Assembly (NCBI GenBank): GCA_951406725.2
Contig: OX597821.1
Location: forward strand, 53,382,001-53,446,000
From: Octopus vulgaris
Lineage: Eukaryota
Reading direction: 5' to 3'
DNA: 64,000 bases
Under the pieces are notes generated by a model. The model was not told where the DNA came from and did not search any database. It worked only from the letters and a program-made list of their open reading frames with translations. Shown here piece after piece: positions 13,640 through 26,023 of the stretch; position 1 is the first letter of the stretch; each line of letters begins with the position of its first letter. The translations under genes were made by a program, and so were the position numbers.

Positions 13640-13640
<1 letters not shown>
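13092..13640. mobile_element. ~550-bp non-coding element with 40-bp terminal direct repeats, between two (TA)n tracts
   Basis: 13092-13131 and 13601-13640 match at 39/40 positions. Confidence 0.6.
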
Positions 13641-13700
<60 letters not shown>

Positions 13701-13702
<2 letters not shown>

Positions 13703-14090
13703 CTCGTTTACTTGTTTCAGTCATTTGACTGCGGCTATGCTGGAGCACCGCCTTTAATCGAGCAAATCGACCCCGGGACTTATTCTTTGTAAGCCCAGTA
13801 CTTATTCTATCGGTCTCTTTTGCCGAACCGCTAAGTGACGGGGACGTAAACACACCAGCATCGGTTGTCAAACACAGACACACAAACATATACACACACA
13901 TGCACATATATATGTATATACATATACACGACAGGCTTCTTTCAGTTTCCGTCTACCAAATCCACTCACAAGACTTTGGTCGGCCCGAGGCTATAGCAGA
14001 AGACACTTGCCCAAGATGCCACGCAGTGGGACTGAACCCGGAAGCCTGTGGTTGGTTAGCCAGCTACTTACCACACAGCCACTCCTGCGC
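13701..14090 (-). mobile_element. tRNA-derived SINE family C, full length, with internal (TG/TA) microsatellite
   Basis: Minus-strand head 'ggcgcaggagtggctgtgtggtaag...ccgggttcagtccc' (A and B boxes) and CORE-like 'cttgggcaagtgtc'. Homologues lie elsewhere in the window. Confidence 0.9.
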
Positions 14091-14253
14091 CAATATATAT
14101 ATAAATAAAAAAACACACAAATTTCCACACGAAAGCACGTGATCTCTGCCCTTAGCATGTACCTCCAATCGTGTTTTTCTGACGTGAATTTGGTACCCAG
14201 GTATCGGTTAACCGAATTATCCATAATAAGATAATTCATTCAACTACTCAAAT

Positions 14254-14314
<61 letters not shown>

Positions 14315-15107
14315 GTGATATATGTATGACAAGCGAATGTATTTCTAATATGCTAGGGGTGTGAGAAGAAGCTTAGTTTATGTGACGCGTTCTTCGTTGG
14401 TTATATCAGTATATGTATTCAAGTGATAATCTTCCCTTCGTAACTTTAAATTTGAATAATAGTCACTTTTCTTAAAACCCTCAGTCTCCGTATATAATTT
14501 CTTCATATACGTCTTACTCTCTCTTATATCCATGATAATTTCATCATCGAAACGGCTTCCATTGCCAAAAATAACATTTAAGAAGTGATTTTTCTATTTT
14601 TCATCAGCGTCCTTTAACAATTAGTAAAAACTCATGAGATTAAATTACTATGTGTTTTATTATCTCAATGATTAGATATTTTTCCAAATAAGTGTCGAGT
14701 GGCATTGTTTTTCAAATATCTTCTGCAATCTGATACTGTACTGACACTTATCTTTAAAACTGATTCTGTATAAAACGTAGCCTACTACTTATGAATAGGA
14801 ATGTATTTTTCTAAACAATTATTTTTGAAAATATTGAAAGCCCTTCAGCTATACATTTGCTCATATTTCGAAGACAAATCTACATTATTAGATAGGGATA
14901 TTATATATAAAGTTATATTATATTATATTATATATAAAGTTATATTATATTATATTATATATATATGTGTGTGTGTCAGTGTGTTTAACAAAATATTGTT
15001 AATGTAAAAAACGAAAAATTCTTTTTGTATATAAATATATCCAGTGAATAAATATTTTATTCAAGATATTAGAATGAATTAAGTTACATTTCGTTATTTG
15101 TAATATT

Positions 15108-15262
15108 CATTTCAAATTTTGGCACAAGACCAAGACCAGCCCTTTCGGGTAAAGTGTTAAGTCGATGACGTCGACCCCAGTGGTCAAGTGGTCCTTGTTT
15201 TATCGACCTTTAAATGATGAAAGGCAAAGTCGATCTCGGCGACATTTTCAACACAGAAGGTA
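15108..15262 (-). mobile_element. SINE family B, 3' part
   Basis: 'ttggcacaag...gtcgaccccagt...gatgaaaggcaaagtcgatctcggc'. Confidence 0.75.
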
Positions 15263-15500
15263 AATTCTAAAACTAATAGAGCCGTGTTCTCTCTTATAAA
15301 CATAAGGGAACTTTTGAAATCTAATCAATAGTGAGATTGTTGCAGCATAGCTCCACATCTTTCTATCTCAACTTTTGAAAATGAGAGAAATATGTGCGAC
15401 ATGTTTTTAAAATTTTCTAAATATAAAATCGAAAAGAATCCCAGTGCATTTTAAAAGTTTCTTTCGTTCTGTATTTCTACCCGTATGGAGTAAAATAACT

Positions 15501-15800
15501 TTATTTACATTATTTACATTTGAAGGATATTTGTCGTCATCATGTTAGTTGTTAACACAACGTTTCGGTTTCATCAGGTGTCTTGGGAAAATTTCGAACA
15601 TGGGTTCTCATCCCTAAGGTATTTTTCGATGTTATTATTATTACTATTATTATTTTCAGGTCACTGCTTGGAATCGAACTCTTAACCACTACGCCATAGG
15701 CCCGTAGTGTTAACAACAAACAAAATAAGGACATTTATCCATCAAATGTATATAATGTAAATAATATACATAATTCTGCATCTCTTAAATATAGAACTGT
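15501..15800 (-). mobile_element. tRNA-headed short element with hammerhead remnant(s) and an inverted tail duplication
   Basis: Minus-strand A box TGGCGTAGTGG and B box GAGTTCGATTCC (15670-15697). HHR ACAC-CUGAUGA-A-ACC-GAAAC-GU-U-GUGU (15555-15581). Inverted repeat 15501-15558 / 15707-15764. Confidence 0.75.
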
Positions 15801-17897
15801 AAAGTATCTTTGTTTTATATAACACATAAGTATGGTACATATACACAAGGAGGGGATATATACTAACAGACAGATAGATAGAAGTACTTTGACATCTAGA
15901 AGGTCATTTCAAGTTTGAGTTAAAAGAAATTTTTTGTTCAATAGCATTTCTTGGAAATAATAATCAGTACTGCTCCACGTCTAACATCACAGATGTGCAC
16001 ACTCGTATTTTGATCTAATGCTGTTTCATATGTATATGTTATTAACTTTTAACTTGGATAATATTTCGCATATCTATCAAAAACCTGTACGTGGTTTCAA
16101 ATATATGAAATTTCTTTCATACGCTATATTTAAAATGCTTCACATATGCTAAGTAAATGAAGTGTGTGCTATTAATGCAACAATTTTTGTCATTTGTAAT
16201 TATCTTTATCTTTCTGTAATTTGGAATGTATCAGTGGATATGCTGATAATCCAAATAGTAATCCTATCAAAACTATAAGTATATTATTGTTGTTCTTACT
16301 GGGTGAAGATTGTAGTGAATTTGAAAGTGGTTTCGTTAATTGTATATGTCTCAGTGACTTAGCGAAAGTGTGAGTTATAAGACCCGCACTTAGATTAATT
16401 GCGCACTGTCATGTAAAATGAAGAACTCCCCACTTCGTTTGTAATGTAATATTGTTTCAATCCCTTGGTGTAGCTACTATATAGCTTAAAGATTCGTGAA
16501 GAATATTAATGCAACAACTTTCGATTCAAAATTTTAATTATGCTGTGATCGTTTACCCTTGTGAATATTTCTGTAATATAATGTGGTTAGGATTATTAAT
16601 ACACGCAAAGTTGTCTTTATACTAGTTTCCGAATTGTTATATTACCTTAATGTTTCAATGTTTGTGTGTAATTGATGACGCAGGGAATTGCGTATATTTT
16701 AAGATACAAATGTCAATTCGATATTCCTTACACACACACACACACACACACACAGTTTCGTTCACCCGCATGTTTATATTTCAAGTTAACTATGTACTAT
16801 TATCTTATAGGCTTTATAATATTCCATTGCTGTGAACATTGCTACTCAGTTTCATTTAAAGGAAGAACATGGCAAGAGAAACAAACTTATACGTACATTC
16901 CTCGAGCTTAAACATATTCCGCTCGTATCTTAGTAGTTTATTTCGTGTCAAAGTTTTATTCGAAACAATGGTTACGAAGGTTAGAGCCTGTCTAACTGAG
17001 AATTACTACCTAATGCTTTTGGAATATTCATTGAGGAAAGTTAAAGAAAACATCTAAAATCAGTAAAGCTATGGACATACTATACCTCATTAGAACTACT
17101 GAATCACACAGTCAACAGCAAATTTTCAAGACGATCCAATTATATACTAAGTACCTCTTGGTATTAATTACTGGATATATATTTTGAATTTCTTATTACG
17201 TACTTCATATGCACAACCATACACATATTTCACGGTGACAGTCAGAAACTAAGATAATATGAATGTAGAATAGCTTAGCATAAATAATTTGAGAGCGAGA
17301 CAAAATTCGTGTCTATTTATATACTGACATTAGATACCAGAATACACTGTGGTGTCAAAATGATACTTTAAACCTTATTAAAAAATATTATGAAATAATA
17401 TTAATATGTGATGTTAAAATTAGTTAAAATTAATACCAACCACACACTGGGATATAGCCAAACGACTATGGGCCTACTTTGAAAGATTACTTCTCAGTTC
17501 TAATAATACTGATAAAAAATTTGCTGCTAAGACATAGATATGCGTAGCTTAAAGCTACGCAAATCAATGTTGTTTGTATTGTACTATTTTTATATCATAT
17601 TTTAAGACTTTTGTGATATATGTATTTCGGAATGAATTTTTTTATATATCTAATAAGACACATGATTCTAGTATATTTATTTTTGTACGTATTAACTGTT
17701 CTACTTAGCAGCAGACATCAACCTGGAATACGATCTGCTCGAACTACCAGCAACAAGTATCAAATCTCATTGGATAGCATAGTTTTAGAGATAGTAAGAC
17801 TAAATAAATGGATGAGTGATGATGATTGGAATATATTTAATCCTAGATTTCCTGGAAGAGGTTGCGGATGCTAACCTGAGACGAAATGATAATATTA

Positions 17898-18451
17898 TTT
17901 TCTACTCTAGGCACAAGGTCCGAAATTTTGGGGGAGGGGGCTAGTCGATTTCATCGAACCCAATTCGCAACAGGTACTTAAATTATCGACCTTGGCGGGA
18001 TTTGAACTCAGAACGTAAGGACAGACGAAATACCTATTTTTACTTCTTTACTACCCACAAGGGGCTAAACACAGAAGGGAAAACAAGGACAGACAAACGG
18101 ATTAAGTCAATTATATCAACCCCAGCGCGTAACTGGTACTTATTTAATCGACCCCGAAAGGATGAAAGGCAAAGTCGACCTCGGCAGAATTTGAACTCAG
18201 AACATAACGGCAGATGAAATACCTATTTCTTTACTACCCACAAAGGGACACAGAGGGGACAAACAAGGATAGACAAACGGATTAAGTCGATTACATCGAC
18301 CCCAGTGCGTAACTGGTACTTAATTTATCGACCCCGAAAGGATGAAAGGCAAAGTCGACCTCGGCTGAATGTGAACTCAGAACGTAGCGGCAGATGAAAT
18401 ACGGCTACGCATTTCGCCCAGCATGCTAACGATTCTGCCAGCTCGCCGCCT
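17898..18451 (-). mobile_element. SINE family B with internally reiterated units
   Basis: One head at ~18451 ('ggcggcgagctggcagaatcgttagc'). The 'tgaactcagaac...' core occurs three times. Confidence 0.9.
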
Positions 18452-18469
18452 TACGAAATATTGACATTC

Positions 18470-18841
18470 TTTTCTACTCTAGGCACAAGGCCAGAAATTA
18501 GATCGACCCCAGTACGTGACTGGTACTGAAATTATCGACCCAGAAAGGATGAAAGGCTAAGTCGATTTCAGCGGAATTTGAACCCAGAACATAAAGACAG
18601 ACGAAATACCTATTTCTTTACTGCACACAAGGGGCTACACACAGAGGGGACAAGCAAGGACAGATAAACGGATTAAGTTGATTATATCGATCCCAGTGTG
18701 TAACTGGTACTTATTTAATCGACTCCGAAACGATGAAAAGCAAAGTCGACCTCGGCAGAATTTGAACTCAGAACGTAACAGCAGACGAAATACTGCTAAG
18801 CATTTCGCCCGGCATGCTAACATTTCTGCCACCTCGCCCCC
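18470..18841 (-). mobile_element. SINE family B, dimeric
   Basis: Head at ~18841 and two core units. 3' end 'ttctactctaggcacaagg'. Confidence 0.9.
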
Positions 18842-19481
18842 TTTCGAAATAATAATATTAAAATTACTAAAGACGTTTAAATGTATGAAACGTCCAAACT
18901 TTTCATTCGCACAGCCCTGTAGTGTATTCGACATCAGGTGCGATACCTGATATCCTGGTTGAGTAGCTGTATCCATAACACTTCAGGCAGTGTATATTCC
19001 GTTGTTTACTCAATAAAAGGAAGTACAAAATAATACCAAAAAAAAAAACTCAATAGTGTCTCTGATAATTGTATAAAATACAGCCAAAAGAAGATTCTTC
19101 ACCTATAAACATAATACTTATTTACAATGACTTCAAAGATCCTAAGGCTAAAAATACCGGGACATAAAAGTAGAAATTTTGCCAATGAAAGACAAAAGAA
19201 TAAACGATTTGGAAAGTCGCCAGTTTTGTCTAGTTTCCATAGAATATATCTATTGGTCTGAAATACAGATGGCAGAAATGCAGCCTTTCTTCAAGTTAGG
19301 ACTAACTTCAAACTTTGAATTAAAGACAAGAACGTTAGTGATTTACGGGTGAGTGTTATATTATATAAAAATTTAGTATTACAGAATCAAAATACTTTTC
19401 AAAATGCATTTAACTGACTTAAATATGATAGATATTATAAAGTTATGTGCATAAATGTATACACTCACTGACAGGGGCAAA

Positions 19482-19880
<399 letters not shown>

Positions 19881-20101
19881 CATACATACAAACGCACATA
19901 CATACTAACATACGTGCACACACATTTGCGTATAAGTGCGGGAGCACACACACACTCATATGTATCAGCACGAACGACGGAGCATAGTGTTGGTCACTGA
20001 GTATGCAAGAAAAAACACATAGGCCTCCAAAACATCGAACTCTACATTCTAAGAAAATGACAATCACATTGGTTCTCATAATATTATAATAAATAAATAT
20101 A

Positions 20102-20352
20102 AATGCACCCTTTTTACAGCCTAGCCAGGTTCATGGACCCGGTTTCCCGGCTTCTATGGCGTATGTGCTCCCCAGCTGGACGTGACGCCAGTCCATCACA
20201 GCGTTACTAATTTTTAGCAGCTGAGTGGGCTGGAGCAACGTGAAATGAAGTGTTTTCCTCAAGAACACAACGCGTCGCCCGGTCCAGGTGTCGAAACCAC
20301 AATCTTACGATCATGATGCTGACACCCTAACCACTAAGCCACGCGGCTCCAC
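20102..20352 (-). mobile_element. tRNA-derived SINE family D (CORE-like), full length
   Basis: Minus strand: 'gtggcttagtggttagggtg...ggtttcgacacc...gttgtgttcttgaggaaaacactt...gatggactggcgtc...gggaaaccggg'. Confidence 0.85.
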
Positions 20353-21539
20353 TCTCATAATATTATACCTGGTACAAATATGTTGGATTAGTCATAGCTA
20401 GAATTCCTTTGACAAAGTTTCTTATCGAGCAGAACTGAACTTCAACTAAGCAACAATATATATAGAAAAAAATATAACAATGTAAAACAACATTTAGTCA
20501 ACATTTCTTCATCATTTATACGAGAATATATCTGCAATAGGTTGTTGTACAGATGATTATGTCACCGCAAAAAGGACTATCTGAAACTTCTAGAGATAAT
20601 AGTCTTACACGAAAATTTAGGAAAACTGAATTTTACACACAGTCTAAAGACCGTACTTATTAATACATACTGTGGAATGAGCAAGTATATAATGATGTAT
20701 CTATAAATTGCAGGAAATAAGGAGGTCATAAGGAACAGTCAGGATTTTTATCCTATAGCTAGGCTATTATCGAAATATTTATCAACCGTATTTGAAGTAC
20801 AAGTCCTACATGTGTACTTTGATAGAATGTTGTCTTTTAAAAATAAGTTAAAACAAATTTTTTTCCTTCCTTAAATTCCTAGATTACGTTTTAGTTTCTT
20901 AAAATGACCAGCATTCTCAACATTTATATATTACCACCAATCACGTAAAAAACTGTTATCTTCAACTTGCGCTTTACAGCGATTCTTAACTATTTATATT
21001 GAAGTTATTAGTCTGTCAGATTCGGTTGAGTATCGGCTAAAATACCTTGCAGTAATTTTAAGATTAGTCTACATTACATTTCATTCTTCTGTAGACGAAA
21101 AAGTAAATATGATTTGCTAGCGGGAAGCGATAAATCGATTGTTACATTAACATGAAAATAATCGATTCTGTGGCTCTCGTAATTATTGACTACAAAAGAA
21201 TAAACAAAAGAAATATGAACTCAGCATAGGTAATTGAAGCTGTAAGTATTAATAAAAAATTTGCTCTACATTACTTAAACTTTTGTTGGTGAAGGACTCG
21301 TCTGCATCTTCTGTCCTGCGAAGACCGAAGAAAAATAAAAGGTAATTTCAAAATGACTTTTAGGTATGAATATCTCATTCTCAATTGCTGAATTTAAGTT
21401 TCTTGGTACATTGGCTGCGCAGCTGCAGCCTTTCTCTCACTTTAGTTTTCATGTGGTAAACTAAAACTGGCCAGTGGAACTTGAACATTTTGATAGTGTC
21501 AAGCTACATATCTTTTGCTCCTGAAGCTTGATTGCTAAG

Positions 21540-21870
21540 CAAAAATCTGTGAACATAGGACATTATTTTACATTGTCAAACAAGATTAATGTATTCAAAT
21601 GTGGTCTATATCGAGTAGATGTTCGATTTATTTCATCAAACAGATAGCTTAGGAAAGTATTGCTGAAAGTAATTTTTAGACTTGAACTTAAACCTCAGAG
21701 TTGAAATAAATATGCACATATATATCAGACATAAGCTTAAAAGGAAAAAGAAACAAATAAATATTTACCATTTAAAGGAGCCGATGAAAACTTGCAATAC
21801 ATGAGTGTTGTCTCAAATTATCCGCCTACCATTATTCGTAATTTATCAACAACTGTTAGTACATTGTTAT
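21540..21870 (+). mobile_element. Very decayed Penelope-like RT fragment
   Basis: 'ICE-IG', 'GLYRVD' (from GLYRDD), 'NFLDLNLNL' and 'YLPFKGADENLQYMSVVSNYPPTIIRNL' (SNHPP motif), in the expected order. Confidence 0.6.
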
Positions 21871-23269
21871 TCAGTATTAAATTACATTCGTCTCCTTGTG
21901 GAGTATTCATTTCATTTAGCCGTCACATCATGAAGGCTTCGGCGGTACGTGAGGATATTAGCGTCTGCTCTTGACTAAGCGTAGTACAATCCCCCAAATC
22001 ATACTCGCTGTCTACTATTGATAATCTCTGTCATTCTTTCATTCTATGTATCTGCACCTCCATTGCCATTCCCATTTTAGACATTGTTTCAGTTTCAATA
22101 CGGACATTCTGTTTATATCTAAAATCAGCTCTTTTTATTTGGATAGTTCACGTATTTCTTTTGCAGATTTATGGTCAATCTTTCATATATACGATTTGCC
22201 TAATGTACGACTGTCAATACAAACACAGAAAGAAGGCTGATCTTCTAAATATTATTAATAAATCAAGAAAAAGTTTATTATTAAATCGAACCATAGTACA
22301 TCTATTATAAAACTGAATACTGTTTAGAATATTCTAGAACTAATTTGAGATGGAAAATAGTAACAAGCCAACTGACTTATCTCTGTAAATAGTACAAGTT
22401 TTTCGAATTCTCCTGATACTTATAACAATTTTTGTTTCGTTCCAGTAGTTTACAAGCGAATCATATCGATGCACATTCTTAAATGTAAATTCATCCTGTT
22501 ACTTCGAAAGCTTATCAATACAATGTACGAAGGAAGCAACATGCATGTGTATCAGTGAGCACCCGATTAGGCTTCTTTTTCACTATTGTACTAAGCTGTT
22601 TATAGTCACTGAGCTTCTGTTCACCTTAATTTTCTCTCAAAATAAACATTCCCGTCTTTTCCAATGGGTGTATGAGCGTAATTCTATATAATACAAAGAC
22701 GAACTTCTGGACGACGTAAGAGTGATTAATCCGTTTAGCATCTATTGTTATCTTTCCTCCATACTTAATACTTATCTAAATTCTCGTTTACTTTTCCAAT
22801 GATGTATTACAATAATATATTTTTGCAGCTTCCTGGTTAGGTACAGTGATAATCATATACTGTTGACACTCATTTGCTCATAATGCCGATTTATAGTCCA
22901 GAGAGGCAAACTTTAAAAATTTTACCTGGCAATCATTTATTCATATATACCCCTTAACCAGATCAATGTCAAGTGCTTATACAAACACACACGCACACAC
23001 AAACGCATATGAACACACATGTATATACGTACGTATGTATGTATGTATGTATGTGTATGTGTGTGTATTTGTGTGTGTATGTGTGTGATTGTCATCCTTC
23101 GAGATGCATAAAAAACGATCCAAACCAGTCGGGAATCACAGTACGAGTTGTAGTATTCATCCTTTCGATCGTTGAATACAAGAAATAGATAGCGATGCCT
23201 CCTTTAAGGCGTGTATCTTGAGTCACGATCTCACGCTTGTACGTCAATCCGTCACAACTTTACCTATGA

Positions 23270-23400
23270 AAAGCTTAGTGGACTGCAGTGACATAAAACG
23301 AAATGTTTTACTCAAGAACACAATGCACATCTAGACCAGGAATGAAAATCACAATCTCGTGATCATGATAGCAACACTCAAACCACTAGTCCAAGCGCAT
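23270..23400 (-). mobile_element. SINE family D, 5' part, diverged
   Basis: 'ctcaagaacacaatgca..gaccaggaatgaaaatcacaatctc..aaccactag' matches 20258-20340. Confidence 0.7.
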
Positions 23401-23844
23401 TAGCACTTTATCAAATGGTTGTCGACTTTCTTTTGTTCGTGCGCTCTTTGACGGGTTTTGTTTTTCACCCCACTGGATCACTATCCTTATCCTCATCAAC
23501 TTTGGGGTTACCAGTTTAGTCACCGATGACGCAGCTGGATTACATGTTGCCAGTAGCGTCTATGTATATACGCGTTCGTGCTTGTGTAAGTATTTTAAAT
23601 AATCTCAAACATTTTTATAAGTATTTATTCTTGTGCTTGCAGCTGTATGCTGTTAGTCGCAGTTACTGGCCTGTTTCAGGTAGTTAAACCTGTTGTTGAG
23701 CACAAATTTCACAGGTAAAAGCCGCCGGAAAAAGAAAAATGTATGAATGTATGTCTTTGTATATGTATATACTTATGTATATGTATGTATATACGTATAT
23801 ATATAAACATACATATACATACACGCACACACACACACACACAC

Positions 23845-23875
<31 letters not shown>

Positions 23876-24149
23876 TGGGCATGTATGTATTCTATGCGGG
23901 TATCTATATTGCATACAAATATAACAATGCAAGCATTCAACACTGCGTGATAACAAAAGATATTTACACTAACCCAAAATTTACTGCAGCTAGTCATTTA
24001 TTTCCACGTTCTCAGAAAAGTTTCTACACACTGCTTCACTTTCCTATAGGCAAAGTTTTTCGATTCCATCCTAAATATGAGATTCTCTTCTTGCACCTTA
24101 TACTATATATATATATATATATATATATACATACATATATATGTGTGTG

Positions 24150-24180
<31 letters not shown>

Positions 24181-24186
24181 TTATAA

Positions 24187-24232
<46 letters not shown>

Positions 24233-24357
24233 GTATATGTATATATACATGTATGTGTGTGTGTATATATATTTATATACATACACATAAATATGTATAT
24301 TATATATGTATATATATGTACATATGTATATACATACATATATATACCCATATATAT

Positions 24358-24479
24358 ATATTTCCCATTATCTACTGATGTAAAAAGCTGTACGTATTTA
24401 CATAACAATCGACATATTTTATCGCTATCTTTATTGACGTGTTCAAGATTTTTTTTTTAGTTTTTCACGTTTCGCACAC
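24358..24479 (+). repeat. ~120-bp local direct duplication of 26158-26280
   Basis: 'tttcccattatctac(t/c)gatgtaaaaag...gttcaagattttttt..agt(t/c)tttcacgtttc' occurs in both places. Confidence 0.9.
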
Positions 24480-25070
24480 AATATCTTTTAACGAGATGCT
24501 ATCAACTTATCATTATATTCAAAAGAATATAGAAATCTGAACAATGAATTCTGCTGTCCCGTATAAATATAAAGGCTATATTGAGATCTTGAAGCGACAT
24601 TTAATTTCATCTGTTCATTATACTTCAGCCGAATAAGTGTTTCTCTTATATTAATTGTTTTTTAGTGGTATTTTCTAAATTTAATCATATTTGATATTCA
24701 ATCGATATATCAATGTATTGTACATTTACACATAAACACACACACACACACACACAGAAACATATGACAGACGCACAAACACAGATAACACATACACACA
24801 TTGTGCGTCGCATTTGATAGGTAGACTCATGTTAAGGAGATCAAGATGCCTATTTCATGGGAAGTTATTTGCAAAGGGAATATGAAGGAAATAATACATT
24901 TTTAAAAGTGTATATATGATTTTTACAATCGCCACTTCCTTTTTATAACTTTGAGCCTGAGTTCAAGTCACAGCTTCTAAGAAGATGCATAACCCATGTT
25001 TGCATACCTGCATACAAGTTTTACATACTTATTCATCCCAATTATATACAGACGTACAGTCATATATATA

Positions 25071-25114
<44 letters not shown>

Positions 25115-25278
25115 GCGTTTCGAGACGCATAAATTATAATGGTTATTGACAATTTTGTCGTTTTTCGGCATATTTGGCATTAGAATTTTTCTTTTGCCCT
25201 TATTTTATAAGTTATTTATAAATTTAAACTTTAAAGATATTTTTTGATATGCTGGCCATTGATAAAATCTTTTTAAAG

Positions 25279-25323
<45 letters not shown>

Positions 25324-25388
25324 TCAATAAATGGTGGGGTTGTGTTGACCGCACGTGGAGAAATGATAAGTAAGGAAAAATTTTTTTA

Positions 25389-25578
25389 AAAATGCAGAAT
25401 GCTCAAATGAAAGAAAATTTTAATAAAATGAGAAAATGATAAAATATATAAATATATATATTTATTCAACCGGTTTTCGTCAATGAACGAAAACCGGTTG
25501 AATAAATATATATATTTATATATTTTATCATTTTCTCATTTTATTAAAATTTTCTTTCATTTGAGCATTCTGCATTTT
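25389..25578. repeat. Perfect 92-bp inverted repeat with a 6-nt spacer
   Basis: 25389-25480 is the exact reverse complement of 25487-25578 (checked by eye). Confidence 0.95.
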
Positions 25579-25649
25579 AAAAATTTTCCCTACTATATAT
25601 ATATATATATATATATTGCCATGTGTAAGTTACAAATATTGTTGTCTGT

Positions 25650-25749
25650 GGACACATATTTATGTAGAAAAAGGAAATAGTAGTCATTTGGCTGCTATTT
25701 CTAAAATTTTCGGTATGTGGTCAAGCAAGTTGTTGCAAAACCCTTATTG

Positions 25750-25752
<3 letters not shown>
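25650..25752 (-). repeat. Short dispersed repeat, also at ~47819-47900 (+)
   Basis: Shared 'gcaaca..ttgcttg.cc.cataccgaaaa.ttagaaatagcag.caa'. Confidence 0.7.
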
Positions 25753-25798
<46 letters not shown>

Positions 25799-26007
25799 GT
25801 TAATCCAAACATGAAAGCACAAAAAACCACAAGGCGAGGACGTGGAACAAATATAGTATTATTGGACGCTCAGGAAAGAAGGAAAGAAGGCGGGTTTAAC
25901 GTTTCGAGCGGAGCTCTTCGTCGGAAACATAGGAGAAGGAAAGATCCAGAGAAGGGAAGACAGAGGAAAAAAAATCGCCAGCGGTACACACGTGGTCACA
26001 TTTTGAA
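25799..26007 (-). mobile_element. Family A copy 2, with the best-preserved minimal hammerhead of the family (25894-25928)
   Basis: Minus strand: GUUU-CCGACGA-A-GAGC-UCC-GCUC-GAAAC-GU-U-AAAC. Embedded in (TA)n. Confidence 0.8.
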
Positions 26008-26023
26008 TATATATATATAGAAA

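Noticed and set aside
15657-15705. tRNA gene (also the SINE heads at ~14040-14090, ~20285-20350, ~55675-55740)
   Set aside because: A and B boxes are present, but there is no complete cloverleaf and each head is fused to a repeat body.
17540-17561. Hairpin TGCGTAGCTT-A-AAGCTACGCA as a Helitron 3' end or terminator
   Set aside because: No downstream CTRR and no supporting element. The context is eukaryotic.
17898-18841. CRISPR-like repeat array
   Set aside because: The units are ~180-bp SINE bodies with no unique spacers and no cas genes.
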